DNA from: Lentisphaeria bacterium
GTDB lineage: Bacteria; Verrucomicrobiota; Lentisphaeria; JABSQK01; JAWLHB01
Assembly: GCA_041690595.1 (NCBI GenBank)
Contig: JAWLHB010000056.1
Span: 1-46,073 of the forward strand
DNA: 46,073 nucleotides
Reading direction: 5' to 3'
The notes beneath the pieces were generated by a model that was not told where the DNA came from, made no database searches, and saw only the letters and a list, made by a program, of their open reading frames with translations. Positions within the stretch are counted from its first letter, which is position 1. Every line of letters begins with the position of its first letter. This document shows, piece by piece, positions 45,778 to 46,073 of the stretch. Position numbers and translations under genes: made by a program.

Positions 45778-46007
45778 CCCTGCTCCTTTACGTTTTGGCT
45801 TCCATGCACAAGCCAGTCTGCCAACTTAAAACTACCCAGACGCTACACCCCCAGCGACCATCCAGCAAGCCTCAACCAAAATGCCCTCCCCACCACGCCA
45901 TCAGGCCACCACTCCGTTGATGTCCGCCCCCACCCCCCCTCACGCCAACCAAGAATGCCAGCATAGCCCTGAAAAGCCGCGACATACCGCCGCCCACCCC
46001 ACCATCC

Positions 46008-46059
46008 GTCAATGAGGTCAATAAGGTCATTGAGGTCAATGAGGTCCGCCCCCCCGACC
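46008..46059. repeat. Four 9-bp units (consensus GTCAATGAG) followed by the motif GGTCCGCCCCCCCGACC
   Basis: gtcaatgag gtcaataag gtcattgag gtcaatgag; the 17-mer matches the reverse complement of 511-527 at 15/17 positions. Confidence 0.85.
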
Positions 46060-46073
46060 ATTCTTCCTATTCT

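Noticed and set aside
1..46073. tRNA, rRNA, riboswitch, integrase or prophage genes
   Set aside because: None was recognisable by eye. A covariance-model (Rfam) scan would be needed to exclude small structured RNAs.

Overview
GC-rich bacterial chromosomal window. The gene content (UxaE, DUF1080, LamG protein, large uncharacterised secreted glycan-active-like proteins, Gfo/Idh/MocA oxidoreductases, many short intergenic repeats) suggests a polysaccharide-degrading PVC-group organism such as Lentisphaerae; this is inference only. From left to right: the 3' end of a probable Y1/RAYT-like HUH transposase followed by repeats, including nine tandem 26-bp units; DUF1080; a LamG protein; lexA plus an unknown membrane protein; a double metallo-beta-lactamase-fold gene paired with an unknown gene; uxaE; a lower-GC ABC-ATPase + TOPRIM-like (DUF4276-type) pair that looks like a defence module; aspA and an aldo/keto reductase; a lipoprotein; a small ORF plus a protein made of four ~63-aa 'FGxW..A..AAG' repeats; a histidine kinase/response regulator pair; a LacI regulator; two large putative novel CAZymes; dtd; cutA plus an unknown gene; fni and class I HMG-CoA reductase (mevalonate pathway); a seven-gene Cu(I)/Ag(I) efflux operon (YHS protein, two TolC, CusB, CusA, sensor kinase, NtrC-type activator) with a visible sigma54 promoter and palindromic enhancer candidate; a repeat-rich intergenic region; and two Gfo/Idh/MocA genes. 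No rRNA, tRNA or true CRISPR array was seen. All family calls come from motif recognition by eye; no database searches were run.
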